From: Halobacteriaceae archaeon
Lineage (GTDB): Archaea > Halobacteriota > Halobacteria > Halobacteriales > Halobacteriaceae
Reading direction: 5' to 3'
DNA: 16,109 nt
NCBI GenBank assembly: GCA_042216675.1
Contig: JBDGTS010000013.1
Span: forward strand, 1-16,109
Part shown: piece after piece, positions 1 to 7,853 of the stretch
Layout: every line of letters starts with the position of its first letter
How positions within the stretch are numbered: the stretch's first letter is position 1
Notes under the pieces: generated by a model
Database searches by the model: none
Told to the model about the DNA's origin: nothing
The model's input: only the letters and a program-made list of their open reading frames with translations
Position numbers and translations under genes: made by a program

Positions 1-2
1 CC

Positions 3-584
3 TTCCGGAAGGCCCGACAGGTCGCGCCGACGGTCATCTTCTTCGACGAACTCGACGCGCTGGCCCCCGGCCGGGGGCAGGAGGTCGGGAGCAACGTCTC
101 CGAGCGGGTGGTCAACCAACTGCTCACCGAACTCGACGGGCTCGAGGAGATGGAGAACGTGATGGTCATCGCCGCGACGAACCGCCCCGACATCATCGAC
201 CCCGCGCTGTTGCGCTCGGGGCGCTTCGACCGCCTCGTCCGCATCGGCCAACCGGACGAGGACGGCCGCGAGGAGATTCTGAAGATTCACACCGACGACA
301 CGCCGCTGTCGCCGGACGTGAGCCTGCGCGAACTCGCGGAGGTGACCGACGGCTACGTCGGCTCCGACCTCGCGAACATCTCGCGCGAGGCGGCCATCGA
401 GGCCCTCCGCGACGACCCCGACGCCGACGAGGTCGAGATGCGCCACTTCCGTCGCGCGATGGACGAGGTGCGCCCGACCATCACGGACGACCTCGTGGAC
501 TACTACGACGAAATCGAGGAGGAGTTCCGCGGGTCCTCGCCGTCCCCGACGGAGCGCACGCAGGGTCGGCTCGGCTTCCAGTAA
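3..584 (+). CDS. cdc48: Cdc48/VCP-family AAA+ ATPase, C-terminal part (5' truncated by the window edge)
   Basis: The frame is open from base 3: FRKARQVAPTVIFFDELDALAPGRG (Walker B IFFDE), then VVNQLLTELDG, AATNRPDIIDPALLRSGRFD (sensor 1 and SRH) and GYVGSDL. It ends in GRLGFQ, TAA. Confidence 0.95.
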   Translation, partial: FRKARQVAPTVIFFDELDALAPGRGQEVGSNVSERVVNQLLTELDGLEEMENVMVIAATNRPDIIDPALLRSGRFDRLVRIGQPDEDGREEILKIHTDDTPLSPDVSLRELAEVTDGYVGSDLANISREAAIEALRDDPDADEVEMRHFRRAMDEVRPTITDDLVDYYDEIEEEFRGSSPSPTERTQGRLGFQ

Positions 585-606
585 GGTCCGCGATTTTCGA
601 CGGCAG

Positions 607-640
607 TCGCTTTTCGGCCGGAGTGCGACGGAGAAAGCGA
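607..640. terminator. Possible bidirectional terminator between convergent cdc48 and rps8e
   Basis: Inverted repeat TCGCTTT (607-613) / AAAGCGA (634-640) gives a T-rich tract on each strand; GATTTTC also follows the cdc48 stop. Confidence 0.35.
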
Positions 641-645
641 GTCAC

Positions 646-1020
646 TTACTCGACGAGGACCGCGTTCACCTGCCCGTTCTGGCCGGGGCGGGAGGTGACG
701 CGGGCGCGTCCGGCGTCCGTCTCGACGATGGCGCCCTTCGTGATGATGTTCCGGCGGGCGTAGTTCGGGTTCGCCTCGTTCTCGACGACGTCCTCGATGA
801 CGGCGTGTTCGGTGTTGCCCTCGTCGTCGGTGACGTTGGCGACGTTCGTGGCGAGTGCGCGGACCTTCCGGGTGTTGCCCTGCGAGTCGACGGTGCGGAG
901 CGACACGTCGTTCAGTTCCGTCTCGGTGGGGTCCCGACCGAGTTCGTGCTTTCGCTTCTTCCGGTGCGGTCGGACCGTGCCTCCGGTCTTCGTCTTCCGC
1001 GAACTGCCTTGGTATCTCAT
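646..1020 (-). CDS. rps8e: 30S ribosomal protein S8e
   Basis: Basic N-terminus QGSSRKTKTGG..RKKRKHELGR, plus NPNYARRNIITKGAIVET and GRARVTSRPGQNGQVNAVL, all S8e signatures. TATA-like TTCAAG lies at 1050-1045 on the minus strand. Confidence 0.97.
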   Translation of the reverse strand: MRYQGSSRKTKTGGTVRPHRKKRKHELGRDPTETELNDVSLRTVDSQGNTRKVRALATNVANVTDDEGNTEHAVIEDVVENEANPNYARRNIITKGAIVETDAGRARVTSRPGQNGQVNAVLVE

Positions 1021-1172
1021 GGACAGTAGTGGCCGGGCGCGACACTTGAATCGCTCGATTCCGCCGGTCCCGCTTTCGCGACGCGAACGTGGCCTCGCGG
1101 ACGGGTGACGCGAGGCGACGGCGGTCGCCGCCTTCCGGCACCGTTTTGCCGCCGGAGACGCACGGTCCGACG

Positions 1173-1625
1173 ATGAGCCTCCGGGTCGCCGTCGCCACGC
1201 CGTTCCGCCAGCACGGGACCGACAGCCTCGACGAACACGAGTTCGTGGTGGCGCTCTCCCTCGACCGCGGCTGGTTCTCGCCCGACCAGGCCAAGCGCCT
1301 CGCGGACGTGGCCGTGGGCGAGGGCCTCGTCGACCGGGCGGGCGACGACCTCGTGGCCGCCTTCGACCCCGGTGCCGTCGAGGTGCCGGAGGACTTCGAA
1401 CCCGACGAGTCGCTCCTGCAGGAGCGCTCGCCCTTCGAGCGCGCGGTGGCCGCCGTCGTCGAGACGGGCGTCGCCAAGCAGGAGGCCGTCGCGGCCGTCA
1501 ACGACCTCCAGCATCGCCTCGGTGTCACCGCCGACGTGGCCGCGGTCCTCTACGCCCGCGACCACGGCGCCGACGTCGAGGACGTGGCAACCAGCGTCCG
1601 CAGTTCCCTCCTCGACGATGCGTGA
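1173..1625 (+). CDS. DUF2240-family archaeal conserved protein
   Basis: MSLRVAVATPFRQHG..EFVVALSLDRGWFSPDQAKRLADVA matches my recollection of DUF2240. The start was moved to ATG 1173 because of the T-tract GTTTTG at 1144-1149 (about -28) and the acidic composition from there on. Confidence 0.8.
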   Translation: MSLRVAVATPFRQHGTDSLDEHEFVVALSLDRGWFSPDQAKRLADVAVGEGLVDRAGDDLVAAFDPGAVEVPEDFEPDESLLQERSPFERAVAAVVETGVAKQEAVAAVNDLQHRLGVTADVAAVLYARDHGADVEDVATSVRSSLLDDA

Positions 1626-1959
1626 CCGCGTGTCCGACCCGACGCGAATCGCCCAACTCCTCGCCTCGGAGGTGGACGGCCGCGAGGAGGGCGTCTTCGC
1701 GGCGCTCTCCGTCGTGGACGCCGACCGGGACGCGGAGCCGTCGCCCGGTGGCACGCCCGCCTACGGTGTCGCCGCCGCGGACGAGCGATTCGCCACCGTC
1801 GTCCTCTACCCCGAGCGAACCGTCGTCGAGGGCGATGAGGACCTCGCCCACGCGGCCGGTGAGCGCGGCCTTTCGGTCGGCGAGGCAGGCGTCGAAGTCC
1901 CCGACGGCGCCGCGGTGAAGCGCGCCGCGGCGGCGCTGGCGGAGAGGGCAACAGTATAG
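1618..1959 (+). CDS. Haloarchaeal conserved hypothetical protein (113 aa), translationally coupled to the upstream gene
   Basis: ATG 1618 overlaps the upstream stop (ATGCGTGA). The acidic product MRDRVSDPTRIAQLLASEVDGREEG..VPDGAAVKRAAAAL ends at TAG 1957-1959. Confidence 0.75.
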   Translation: MRDRVSDPTRIAQLLASEVDGREEGVFAALSVVDADRDAEPSPGGTPAYGVAAADERFATVVLYPERTVVEGDEDLAHAAGERGLSVGEAGVEVPDGAAVKRAAAALAERATV

Positions 1960-1960
1960 T
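1955..1960 (+). promoter_or_regulatory. TATA box of leaderless pyrF, overlapping the upstream stop codon
   Basis: TATAGT starts 28 nt before ATG 1983, the same spacing seen for other genes in the window. Confidence 0.55.
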
Positions 1961-1982
1961 GGCGCCCGTGCCCACCCCGGGT

Positions 1983-2780
1983 ATGACGTTCTTCGCGGAC
2001 CTCGCGGCGCGCATCGACGACGTGGGGAGCATCGTCTCCGTCGGCCTCGATCCGGACCCGGACCGCCTGCCCGACGCCGTGGCCGACGCGGACCTCCCTC
2101 GCTGGGCGTTCAACCGCCGCATCATCGACGCGACACACGAGTACGCCGCGGCATACAAGCCCAACGCCGCGTTCTACGAGGACGCCGACGGCTGGCGCGC
2201 CCTCCGAGAGACCATCGCCTACGCACACGGCAAGGACGTGCCCGTGTTGCTCGACGCCAAGCGAGCGGACATCGGCAACACCGCGCGCCAGTACGCCGAC
2301 GTCCTCGATTACGCCGACGCCATCACGGTCAACCCCTACCTCGGCGAGGACGCCCTCCAGCCGTTTCTGGCGCGGGACGCCGGGGTGTTCGTCCTCTGTC
2401 GCACCTCGAACCCCGGCGGCCGGGACTTTCAGAACCTCGAACTCGCGGACTTCGACCGGACGCTGTACGAACACGTCGCCCACCGCGCGGCGGCGTGGGA
2501 CGCGGAGTACGACGACGTGGGCCTCGTCGTCGGCGCGACGGCGCCCGACGAACTCGCCGACGTGCGCGAGGTGGCCCCGGACCTTCCGTTCCTCGTGCCC
2601 GGGGTCGGTGCGCAGGGCGGGGACGCCGAGGCGGCCGTCGAACACGGCCTCGCGGGCGGCGTCGGCCTCGTCAATTCCTCGCGGGGCATCATCTTCGCGG
2701 GCGAGGACGCCGCTGACTTCTTCGGCGCGGCGGGCCAGTCCGCAAAGCGCCTGCGGGACCGGCTGAACCAGTTCCGCTAA
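1983..2780 (+). CDS. pyrF: Orotidine-5'-phosphate decarboxylase
   Basis: VGLDP, YKPNAAFYE, catalytic LDAKRADIGNT (DxKxxDIxxT), TVNPYLG, LCRTSNPGG, GLVVGAT, LVPGVGAQGG and VNSSRGII. Confidence 0.97.
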   Translation: MTFFADLAARIDDVGSIVSVGLDPDPDRLPDAVADADLPRWAFNRRIIDATHEYAAAYKPNAAFYEDADGWRALRETIAYAHGKDVPVLLDAKRADIGNTARQYADVLDYADAITVNPYLGEDALQPFLARDAGVFVLCRTSNPGGRDFQNLELADFDRTLYEHVAHRAAAWDAEYDDVGLVVGATAPDELADVREVAPDLPFLVPGVGAQGGDAEAAVEHGLAGGVGLVNSSRGIIFAGEDAADFFGAAGQSAKRLRDRLNQFR

Positions 2781-2944
2781 GGGACGCCCGGACCGTCGCC
2801 GCTCGGACTCGTCTCCCGCGCGCAGTCGACGCAGAGGCCCGCTTCGGGGTCCCAGTGGCTCTGGCACACCAGCGCCCCGCAGCGGTTGCACTGGTGGACG
2901 GCCTCGGCCGATTCACAGATCTGACACAGTCCGGTGATGCTCAT
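2777..2944 (-). CDS. Small Cys-rich zinc-finger protein (55 aa; CPxCG-related microprotein class), absent from the ORF track
   Basis: Translated by hand: MSITGLCQICESAEAVHQCNRCGALVCQSHWDPEAGLCVDCARETSPSGDGPGVP*. It has CxxC, CxxCG, CxxH and CxxC motifs, a TATA-like CATAAG about 28 nt upstream on the minus strand, and a TAG stop overlapping the pyrF TAA. Confidence 0.85.
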   Translation of the reverse strand: MSITGLCQICESAEAVHQCNRCGALVCQSHWDPEAGLCVDCARETSPSGDGPGVP

Positions 2945-3016
2945 GGACGGCGACTCTCGCGCCAGCGGCTTATGTCGTCCGGGAAACTTACTTTCGCGTA
3001 GCCCTCACGGTCAGCC
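2945..3016. promoter_or_regulatory. Back-to-back promoters for the zinc-finger gene (-) and J-domain gene (+)
   Basis: CATAAG on the minus strand (2974-2969) and GAAAC-TTACTT on the plus strand (2983-2993), each about 28 nt from its start codon, in a 72-bp gap. Confidence 0.55.
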
Positions 3017-3466
3017 GTGAGGGGCACGCGACTGCTCGGCGCCATCGGAGGCGTGTTCGCCGCGCTGACGGGCCTGTTCGTCCTGCTCGGACTGTTCGTC
3101 ACGCCCGTCGCCTTAGCGCTCGCCGTCCCCTTCGGCGCGACGGCGTACTTCCTCTGGTACCACGCGTCGGGCCGCCTCGCCGACCGGGTGGCCGCGAACG
3201 CCGGTGGCCGTCGCCGGCGGCGGCGCGACGCCACCACCGGGCCGCGGGGTCGGCGAGACCGAACCCGGGAGCCCCGCCAGCAGTCCGCCCCGGACCGCGG
3301 CGACGCGGACGCGTACCGCGCCCTCGGCCTCGACCCGGGCGCCGACGCCGAGAGCGTCGAGGCCGCTTACCGGGAGAAGGTAAAGGAGGTCCACCCGGAC
3401 CGCGGCGGCGACGAGCGCGCGTTTCGGGAGGTTCGAGAGGCCTACGAGCGCCTCGCGGACCCCTGA
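3017..3466 (+). CDS. Membrane-anchored J-domain (DnaJ type III) protein
   Basis: Two N-terminal hydrophobic segments, an Arg-rich linker, and a C-terminal J domain AYRALGLDPGA..AYREKVKEVHPDRGGDERAFREVREAYERL with the HPD motif. Confidence 0.9.
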   Translation: MRGTRLLGAIGGVFAALTGLFVLLGLFVTPVALALAVPFGATAYFLWYHASGRLADRVAANAGGRRRRRRDATTGPRGRRDRTREPRQQSAPDRGDADAYRALGLDPGADAESVEAAYREKVKEVHPDRGGDERAFREVREAYERLADP

Positions 3467-3521
3467 GAAACGTTCCCAAAGCGCGGGAAGGCTTTTGTCG
3501 TGTGGTCCCTTCCCGCACGAT

Positions 3522-5135
3522 ATGGGCCTCGACAGGGCCGCGTTGCGCCGGGCGGTCGAGCGCGGCGAGGAGGAAGGCGGCAACGTCGAGTTCAAAGAGC
3601 GCCTCCAGCGCGACACGCACCTCGCGGACGGGCGCCGCGAGAGCCTCGTCGCGCAGTTGCGCCACCGCGTGCTGTCGGGCGACGGCGAGGCGATGTACGT
3701 CCTCGGCGTCACCGACGCGGGCGGCATCGCGGGCGTCGAACCCGCGTCGTTCTCGGAGACGATGGACGTCCTCTCGCTCCTCGCGGAGGAGGCGGACGCC
3801 CACATCGAGGACGTGGAGACGTGGGGCACCGACGACGGCGGCCTCGTCGGCATCGCGACGGTTCAGCAGGGGTCCGCGCTCGACGCCGCGGACGACGCAC
3901 ACATCGTCGTCGGCACGGCGGGCCACGTCGACCACGGCAAGAGCACTCTCGTCGGGACGCTCGTCACGGGTGCGCCAGACGACGGCGAGGGCGGCACCCG
4001 CGCGCACCTCGACGTGCGGCCACACGAGGTCGAACGCGGCCTCTCGGCGGACCTCTCCTACGGCGTCTACGGCTTCAGCGACGGCGACCCGGTGCGGATG
4101 GACGACCCCTCGCGGAAGGACGACCGGGCCCGCGTCGTCGAGCGGTCCGACCGCCTCGTTTCCTTCGTCGACACCGTGGGCCACGAACCGTGGCTTCGCA
4201 CGACCATCCGCGGCCTCGTCGGGCAGAAACTCGACTACGGCCTCCTGACCGTCGCCGCCGACGACGGCCCGACGGAGACGACCCGCGAGCATCTGGGCAT
4301 CCTGCTCGCAACCGATTTGCCCACCGTCGTCGCCATCACCAAAACCGACCTCGTGGACGACGAGCGACTGGCCGCGGTCGAACAGGAAATCGAGCGACTG
4401 CTCCGCGACGCGGACCGCACGCCGCTCCCGATCGAGCGCTACGGCGTGGAGGCGGCCGTCGAGGAGATCGACGAGACGGTGGTGCCCATCGTCCGCACCA
4501 GCGCCGTCTCGATGGCGGGCGTGGACGAACTCGACCACCTGTTCCGCCGCCTCCCGAAGACGGCGGCGACGGAGGGCGACTTCCGGATGTACGTCGACCG
4601 GACCTACCGCGTCACGGGCGTCGGCGCCGTCGCGTCGGGTACCATTCGCTCCGGGTCGGTGGCGGCCGGCGACGACCTGCTGTTGGGTCCGATGGCCGAC
4701 GGGTCGTTCCGCGAGGTCGAGGCCCGGTCCATCGAGATGCACTACCACCGCGTCGACAGGGCCGAGGCGGGCCGCATCGTCGGCATCGCGCTGAAGGGCG
4801 TCGAGGAACGCGACGTGAAACGTGGGATGGTCCTGCTGCCCGCCGACGCCGACGCCGACCCCGACCCCGTTCGGGAGTTCGAGGCGGAGGTGATGGTGCT
4901 GAACCACCCCACCCGAATCGACACGGGCTACGAACCGGTGGTCCACCTCGAAACTGCGAGCGAGGCGGCGCGCTTCGACCCCGAGGGCGGCCAACTGCTC
5001 CCCGGCGACTCCGGGCGAGCGACGGTTCGGTTCAAGTTCCGCCCCTACCTCGTCGAGGAGGGCCAGCGCTTCGTGTTCCGCGAGGGCCAGAGCAAGGGCG
5101 TCGGCACGGTGACGGGTGTCTCGCCCGCCGACTGA
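3522..5135 (+). CDS. GTPBP1/2-family (EF-Tu/eEF1A-like) translational GTPase
   Basis: N-terminal EEEGGNVEFKE..GDGEAMYVLGVTDAG, G1 GHVDHGKSTL, switch I HEVERGLSAD, G3 DTVGHEPWLRTTIRG, G4 TKTD, and EF-Tu-like domains II/III (YRVTGVGAVASGT, FEAEVMVLNHPT, FVFREG). Start ATG 3522 has TTTTGT at 3493-3498. Confidence 0.93.
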   Translation: MGLDRAALRRAVERGEEEGGNVEFKERLQRDTHLADGRRESLVAQLRHRVLSGDGEAMYVLGVTDAGGIAGVEPASFSETMDVLSLLAEEADAHIEDVETWGTDDGGLVGIATVQQGSALDAADDAHIVVGTAGHVDHGKSTLVGTLVTGAPDDGEGGTRAHLDVRPHEVERGLSADLSYGVYGFSDGDPVRMDDPSRKDDRARVVERSDRLVSFVDTVGHEPWLRTTIRGLVGQKLDYGLLTVAADDGPTETTREHLGILLATDLPTVVAITKTDLVDDERLAAVEQEIERLLRDADRTPLPIERYGVEAAVEEIDETVVPIVRTSAVSMAGVDELDHLFRRLPKTAATEGDFRMYVDRTYRVTGVGAVASGTIRSGSVAAGDDLLLGPMADGSFREVEARSIEMHYHRVDRAEAGRIVGIALKGVEERDVKRGMVLLPADADADPDPVREFEAEVMVLNHPTRIDTGYEPVVHLETASEAARFDPEGGQLLPGDSGRATVRFKFRPYLVEEGQRFVFREGQSKGVGTVTGVSPAD

Positions 5136-5166
5136 GTCGTCGGCGCTGTGACGCGCGACCGCACGG

Positions 5167-5172
5167 TTAAGT
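5167..5172 (+). promoter_or_regulatory. TATA box upstream of the uORF/GH-like unit
   Basis: TTAAGT begins exactly 28 nt upstream of ATG 5195. Confidence 0.6.
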
Positions 5173-5194
5173 GCCTCTCCGTCGATGCAGACCC

Positions 5195-5230
5195 ATGCCG
5201 AACAGTCACATTCGGGGGGACCGTCCGTGA
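5195..5230 (+). other. Candidate leaderless 11-codon upstream ORF (MPNSHIRGDRP*) overlapping the GTG start of the next gene
   Basis: ATG sits at the expected transcription start; stop TGA 5228-5230 overlaps GTG 5227-5229 (GTGA); a GGGGGGA SD-like run lies at 5214-5220. Confidence 0.4.
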
Positions 5231-7380
5231 CCGTCACGCTCGCCTACGACACGGCGGCGGCCCAGTTGGCCTTTGCCTGTGACGAACTGCGCGAGAGCCT
5301 CGCGGCCGACCTGCGGGTGCGCGACCTGACGGCCGGGGCCGGAGACGCGGACGTGGTCGTCACCGCGGGCGAAGCGGTGCCCGACTGGGTCCGAGAGGCC
5401 GCGGGCGCGCCTGCCGACGTGCCGAGCGAGGGGTTCCGCTACGAACCGGTCGAGCGCGGCGGCGACTCGGTGCTGGCGGTCGTCGGTGGCGACGCCACGG
5501 GCGCGATGTACGGGGTGCTGGACCTCGCCGAACAGTGCCGGATGCGCGACGGCCTCGCCAACGTCGAAGCGACGGCGTCATCGCCCACGGTGGGGTTCCG
5601 GGCGGTGAAGTTCAACCTCCCGTGGTCGCCGTACCACGGCGGGGAGCAGGCGGACCTCCAGCGAGGCACCTGTCGGGACCGCGACTTCTGGGCGGCGTAC
5701 CTCGACCAGTTGGCGCGCGCCCGGTTCAACGCGCTCACACTGTGGAATCTCCACCCGTTCCCGTTCATGGTCCGCCTCGACGACTACCCGGAGGCCTGCC
5801 CTTTCTCGGAGTCGGAACTCGCCGAGTGGCAGTCGTTCTGGCACGACGTGTTCGAGATGGCCGCCGCCCGCGGCATCGACGTCTACCTCGTCAACTGGAA
5901 CATCGTCGTCTCCCCAGACTTCGCGTCGGCATACGACGTGGCGGAGACCGACGACCGGTCCGAACTGGTGCGCGACTACACCCGGCAGTCGGTGCGGGCC
6001 GTCGTCGAGGAGTACGAGAACCTCGCGGGTCTCGGCGTGTCGCTCTGTGACTGGATGGACGGGATGACGCCCGCGGAGAAGCAAGACTGGATGGCCGACG
6101 CCATTCTCTCGGGCATCGCCGACGCCGACCGGGAGGTGGACTTCCTCGACCGCTCCGTCCTTACGGAGTCCATCGACGAGATGCGACGCGGCATCGACGT
6201 GGCGGCGGACACCGACAACGTCGGGGACATTCGCGTCCCGACGAAGTTCAACTGGTCGCACGGGCACTCGACGCGGCGACTCGAACTCACCCACGACTAC
6301 TCCTCCGGCGAGGTGGACGACTCGCTGTGGAATCCGCCCCCGGAGAACTACGAGGTGACGTGGATGATTCGGAACGAGGACGTGTTCGTCCTCCGCTGGG
6401 GCGACCCGGACTTCGTGCGGGACCACGTCGCGCGGAACGACGCCCCCTACGTCGGCGGCTACATCGTCGGCTCCGAGGTCAACACGCCGGCCATGGACGT
6501 CGCGCACCGCCGTGACGGGCACGCGACGTGGGACTACGCCTTCGAGCGACAGTGGCTCTGGTACACGCTGTGGGGCCGCCTGCTCTACGACCCGGCGACG
6601 CCGGACGCCGTCTTCGAGGCCGAGATGGACCGGCGGTACGGCGACGGCGTCGGGACGCGCCTCCTCGACGGCTTCCGGCACGGGAGCCGGATGCCCCTCG
6701 AACTCGCCGCGTTCCACGAGAGCACGTGGGACTACACGCTCCACGCCGAGGGCTTCATCTCGCCGGTGGCCAAGCGACACGGCGAGGAGATGTTCATCTC
6801 GGTGGACGACCTCATCGAACAAGCCCCCCTCGACAGCACCTACCAGTCGATTCCCGCGTTCGTGGCCGATGGACCGCCCGCGGAGGGCACCTCGCCCCTC
6901 GACCTCGCGGCGGAGATGGACGACGCCGCCGACGCGGCCCTCGACGCCGCGGCGTCGCTTCGCGACGACTTCGAGACGTATCCCGGCGCGATGAACCCGG
7001 AGGGCCACGACCGGGGGTACCGCGGCGAGCCGACCCACGCCGAGGCCCACGGTGCGCTGGCCTGCGAAGTCGCGGACGTGACGGCGTGGGGCCACCTCTG
7101 TCGCTACTTCGCGACGAAACTCCGCGGCGCAGTAGCGTTAGAGCGCTACCGGGCCGAGGGCGACCCGGCGGACCAGCGCACGGCGGTGTCGCACCTCGAC
7201 GCCGCCGCCGCGCACTGGGACGCGGTGGCCGACGTGACGGACGCACACTACCGCCCGATTCCGTACGCCGACGACTGGTGGCCGGGGACGACGTTCTCGT
7301 GGGCCCAGTTCCGCGAGGACGCGGCCGCAGACGTGCGCATCGCTCGGCGCGCTCAGCCGCGGGACGACGCCGCCCGGTAG
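5227..7380 (+). CDS. Large glycoside-hydrolase-like protein (zincin-like GH20/67/115-type N-domain, barrel, helical domain); resembles GH138; substrate unknown
   Basis: N-domain motifs QLAFACDEL, EGF and VVGGDATGAMYGVLDLAE. Barrel motifs FRAVKFNLPW, FWAAYLDQLARARFNALTLWNLHPF, DYTRQSV, LRWGDPDFV and ERQWLWYTLWGR. The protein is acidic with no Tat/Sec signal. The start is GTG 5227, or the in-frame ATG 5185, which is too close to the TATA box. Confidence 0.7.
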   Translation: MTVTLAYDTAAAQLAFACDELRESLAADLRVRDLTAGAGDADVVVTAGEAVPDWVREAAGAPADVPSEGFRYEPVERGGDSVLAVVGGDATGAMYGVLDLAEQCRMRDGLANVEATASSPTVGFRAVKFNLPWSPYHGGEQADLQRGTCRDRDFWAAYLDQLARARFNALTLWNLHPFPFMVRLDDYPEACPFSESELAEWQSFWHDVFEMAAARGIDVYLVNWNIVVSPDFASAYDVAETDDRSELVRDYTRQSVRAVVEEYENLAGLGVSLCDWMDGMTPAEKQDWMADAILSGIADADREVDFLDRSVLTESIDEMRRGIDVAADTDNVGDIRVPTKFNWSHGHSTRRLELTHDYSSGEVDDSLWNPPPENYEVTWMIRNEDVFVLRWGDPDFVRDHVARNDAPYVGGYIVGSEVNTPAMDVAHRRDGHATWDYAFERQWLWYTLWGRLLYDPATPDAVFEAEMDRRYGDGVGTRLLDGFRHGSRMPLELAAFHESTWDYTLHAEGFISPVAKRHGEEMFISVDDLIEQAPLDSTYQSIPAFVADGPPAEGTSPLDLAAEMDDAADAALDAAASLRDDFETYPGAMNPEGHDRGYRGEPTHAEAHGALACEVADVTAWGHLCRYFATKLRGAVALERYRAEGDPADQRTAVSHLDAAAAHWDAVADVTDAHYRPIPYADDWWPGTTFSWAQFREDAAADVRIARRAQPRDDAAR

Positions 7381-7853
7381 CCGCTGTCGGTCCGCGTCGC
7401 GAAGCCGAGCACGGCGGCCCACCCGAGCAGATTCGCGGCCCGCTCGCGGTAGGTGGCCGCCCAGTTGTTGTGTCGCTCGCGCTCCCACGGCGGCACCGCG
7501 TCGGCCACCGCCTCGAACGCGTCGTCGGCGTCGATTGGCTCGGCACCGAGCGCCGCGAGCACTTCGCGGGCCCCGAACACGCGCTCCCGGAACGCCGTCT
7601 CGACGGCCTCGCTCTCCGGGTCCCGGTCGGTGCGGGCGAACCGGCCGTCGGTCCGCTTGGCGAGGCCCAGCGCTCGCAGAAAGGTGAGCCACGTCCGCGC
7701 CTCGTCGCGGCCGTCGAGGAAGTCGGTGCGGTCCAGCAGGCGGCCACAGCAGTCGTTCTCGCCCTTGGGCACGAGTGGGAGTGCCGCTTGTGCTCCCGCG
7801 AGGGCGTGGCGGTCCGTCGGCGGGGCGGGGACGGGCTTGAAGCGCACGCTCAC
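7353..7853 (-). CDS. Haloarchaeal conserved hypothetical protein with two probable winged-helix repeats, coupled to mch
   Basis: The GTG start overlaps the mch TGA (GTGA). Internal repeat WLTFLRALGLAKRTDGRFAR / LLGWAAVLGFATRTDSGYRA. The 3' end overlaps the convergent GH-like gene by 28 bp. Confidence 0.75.
   Translation of the reverse strand: MSVRFKPVPAPPTDRHALAGAQAALPLVPKGENDCCGRLLDRTDFLDGRDEARTWLTFLRALGLAKRTDGRFARTDRDPESEAVETAFRERVFGAREVLAALGAEPIDADDAFEAVADAVPPWERERHNNWAATYRERAANLLGWAAVLGFATRTDSGYRAASSRG

Noticed and set aside
1089-1172. Upstream extensions of DUF2240, and likewise of pyrF (1959), the GTPase (3495) and the AKR (11888)
   Set aside because: Downstream ATGs sit at the -28 TATA spacing and coincide with where the conserved-looking sequence begins.
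4840-4869. GCCGAC/CCCGAC short tandem repeat in the GTPase
   Set aside because: An in-frame ADADADPDP linker between domains II and III; ordinary low-complexity sequence.
3500-5170. Long Arg/Gly/Pro-rich same-strand alternative-frame ORFs (also 6528-8096, 9281-10474 and 12947-14017)
   Set aside because: Composition is typical of off-frame GC-rich translation and unlike the acidic halophile proteome.
3099-5237. 712-aa antisense ORF, and similar long antisense ORFs at 5578-7095, 7883-8794, 9364-10740, 11141-12928 and 12720-13946
   Set aside because: Shadow ORFs opposite well-supported genes; high GC and GAC/GTC codon bias deplete stops, and the products have no recognisable motifs.
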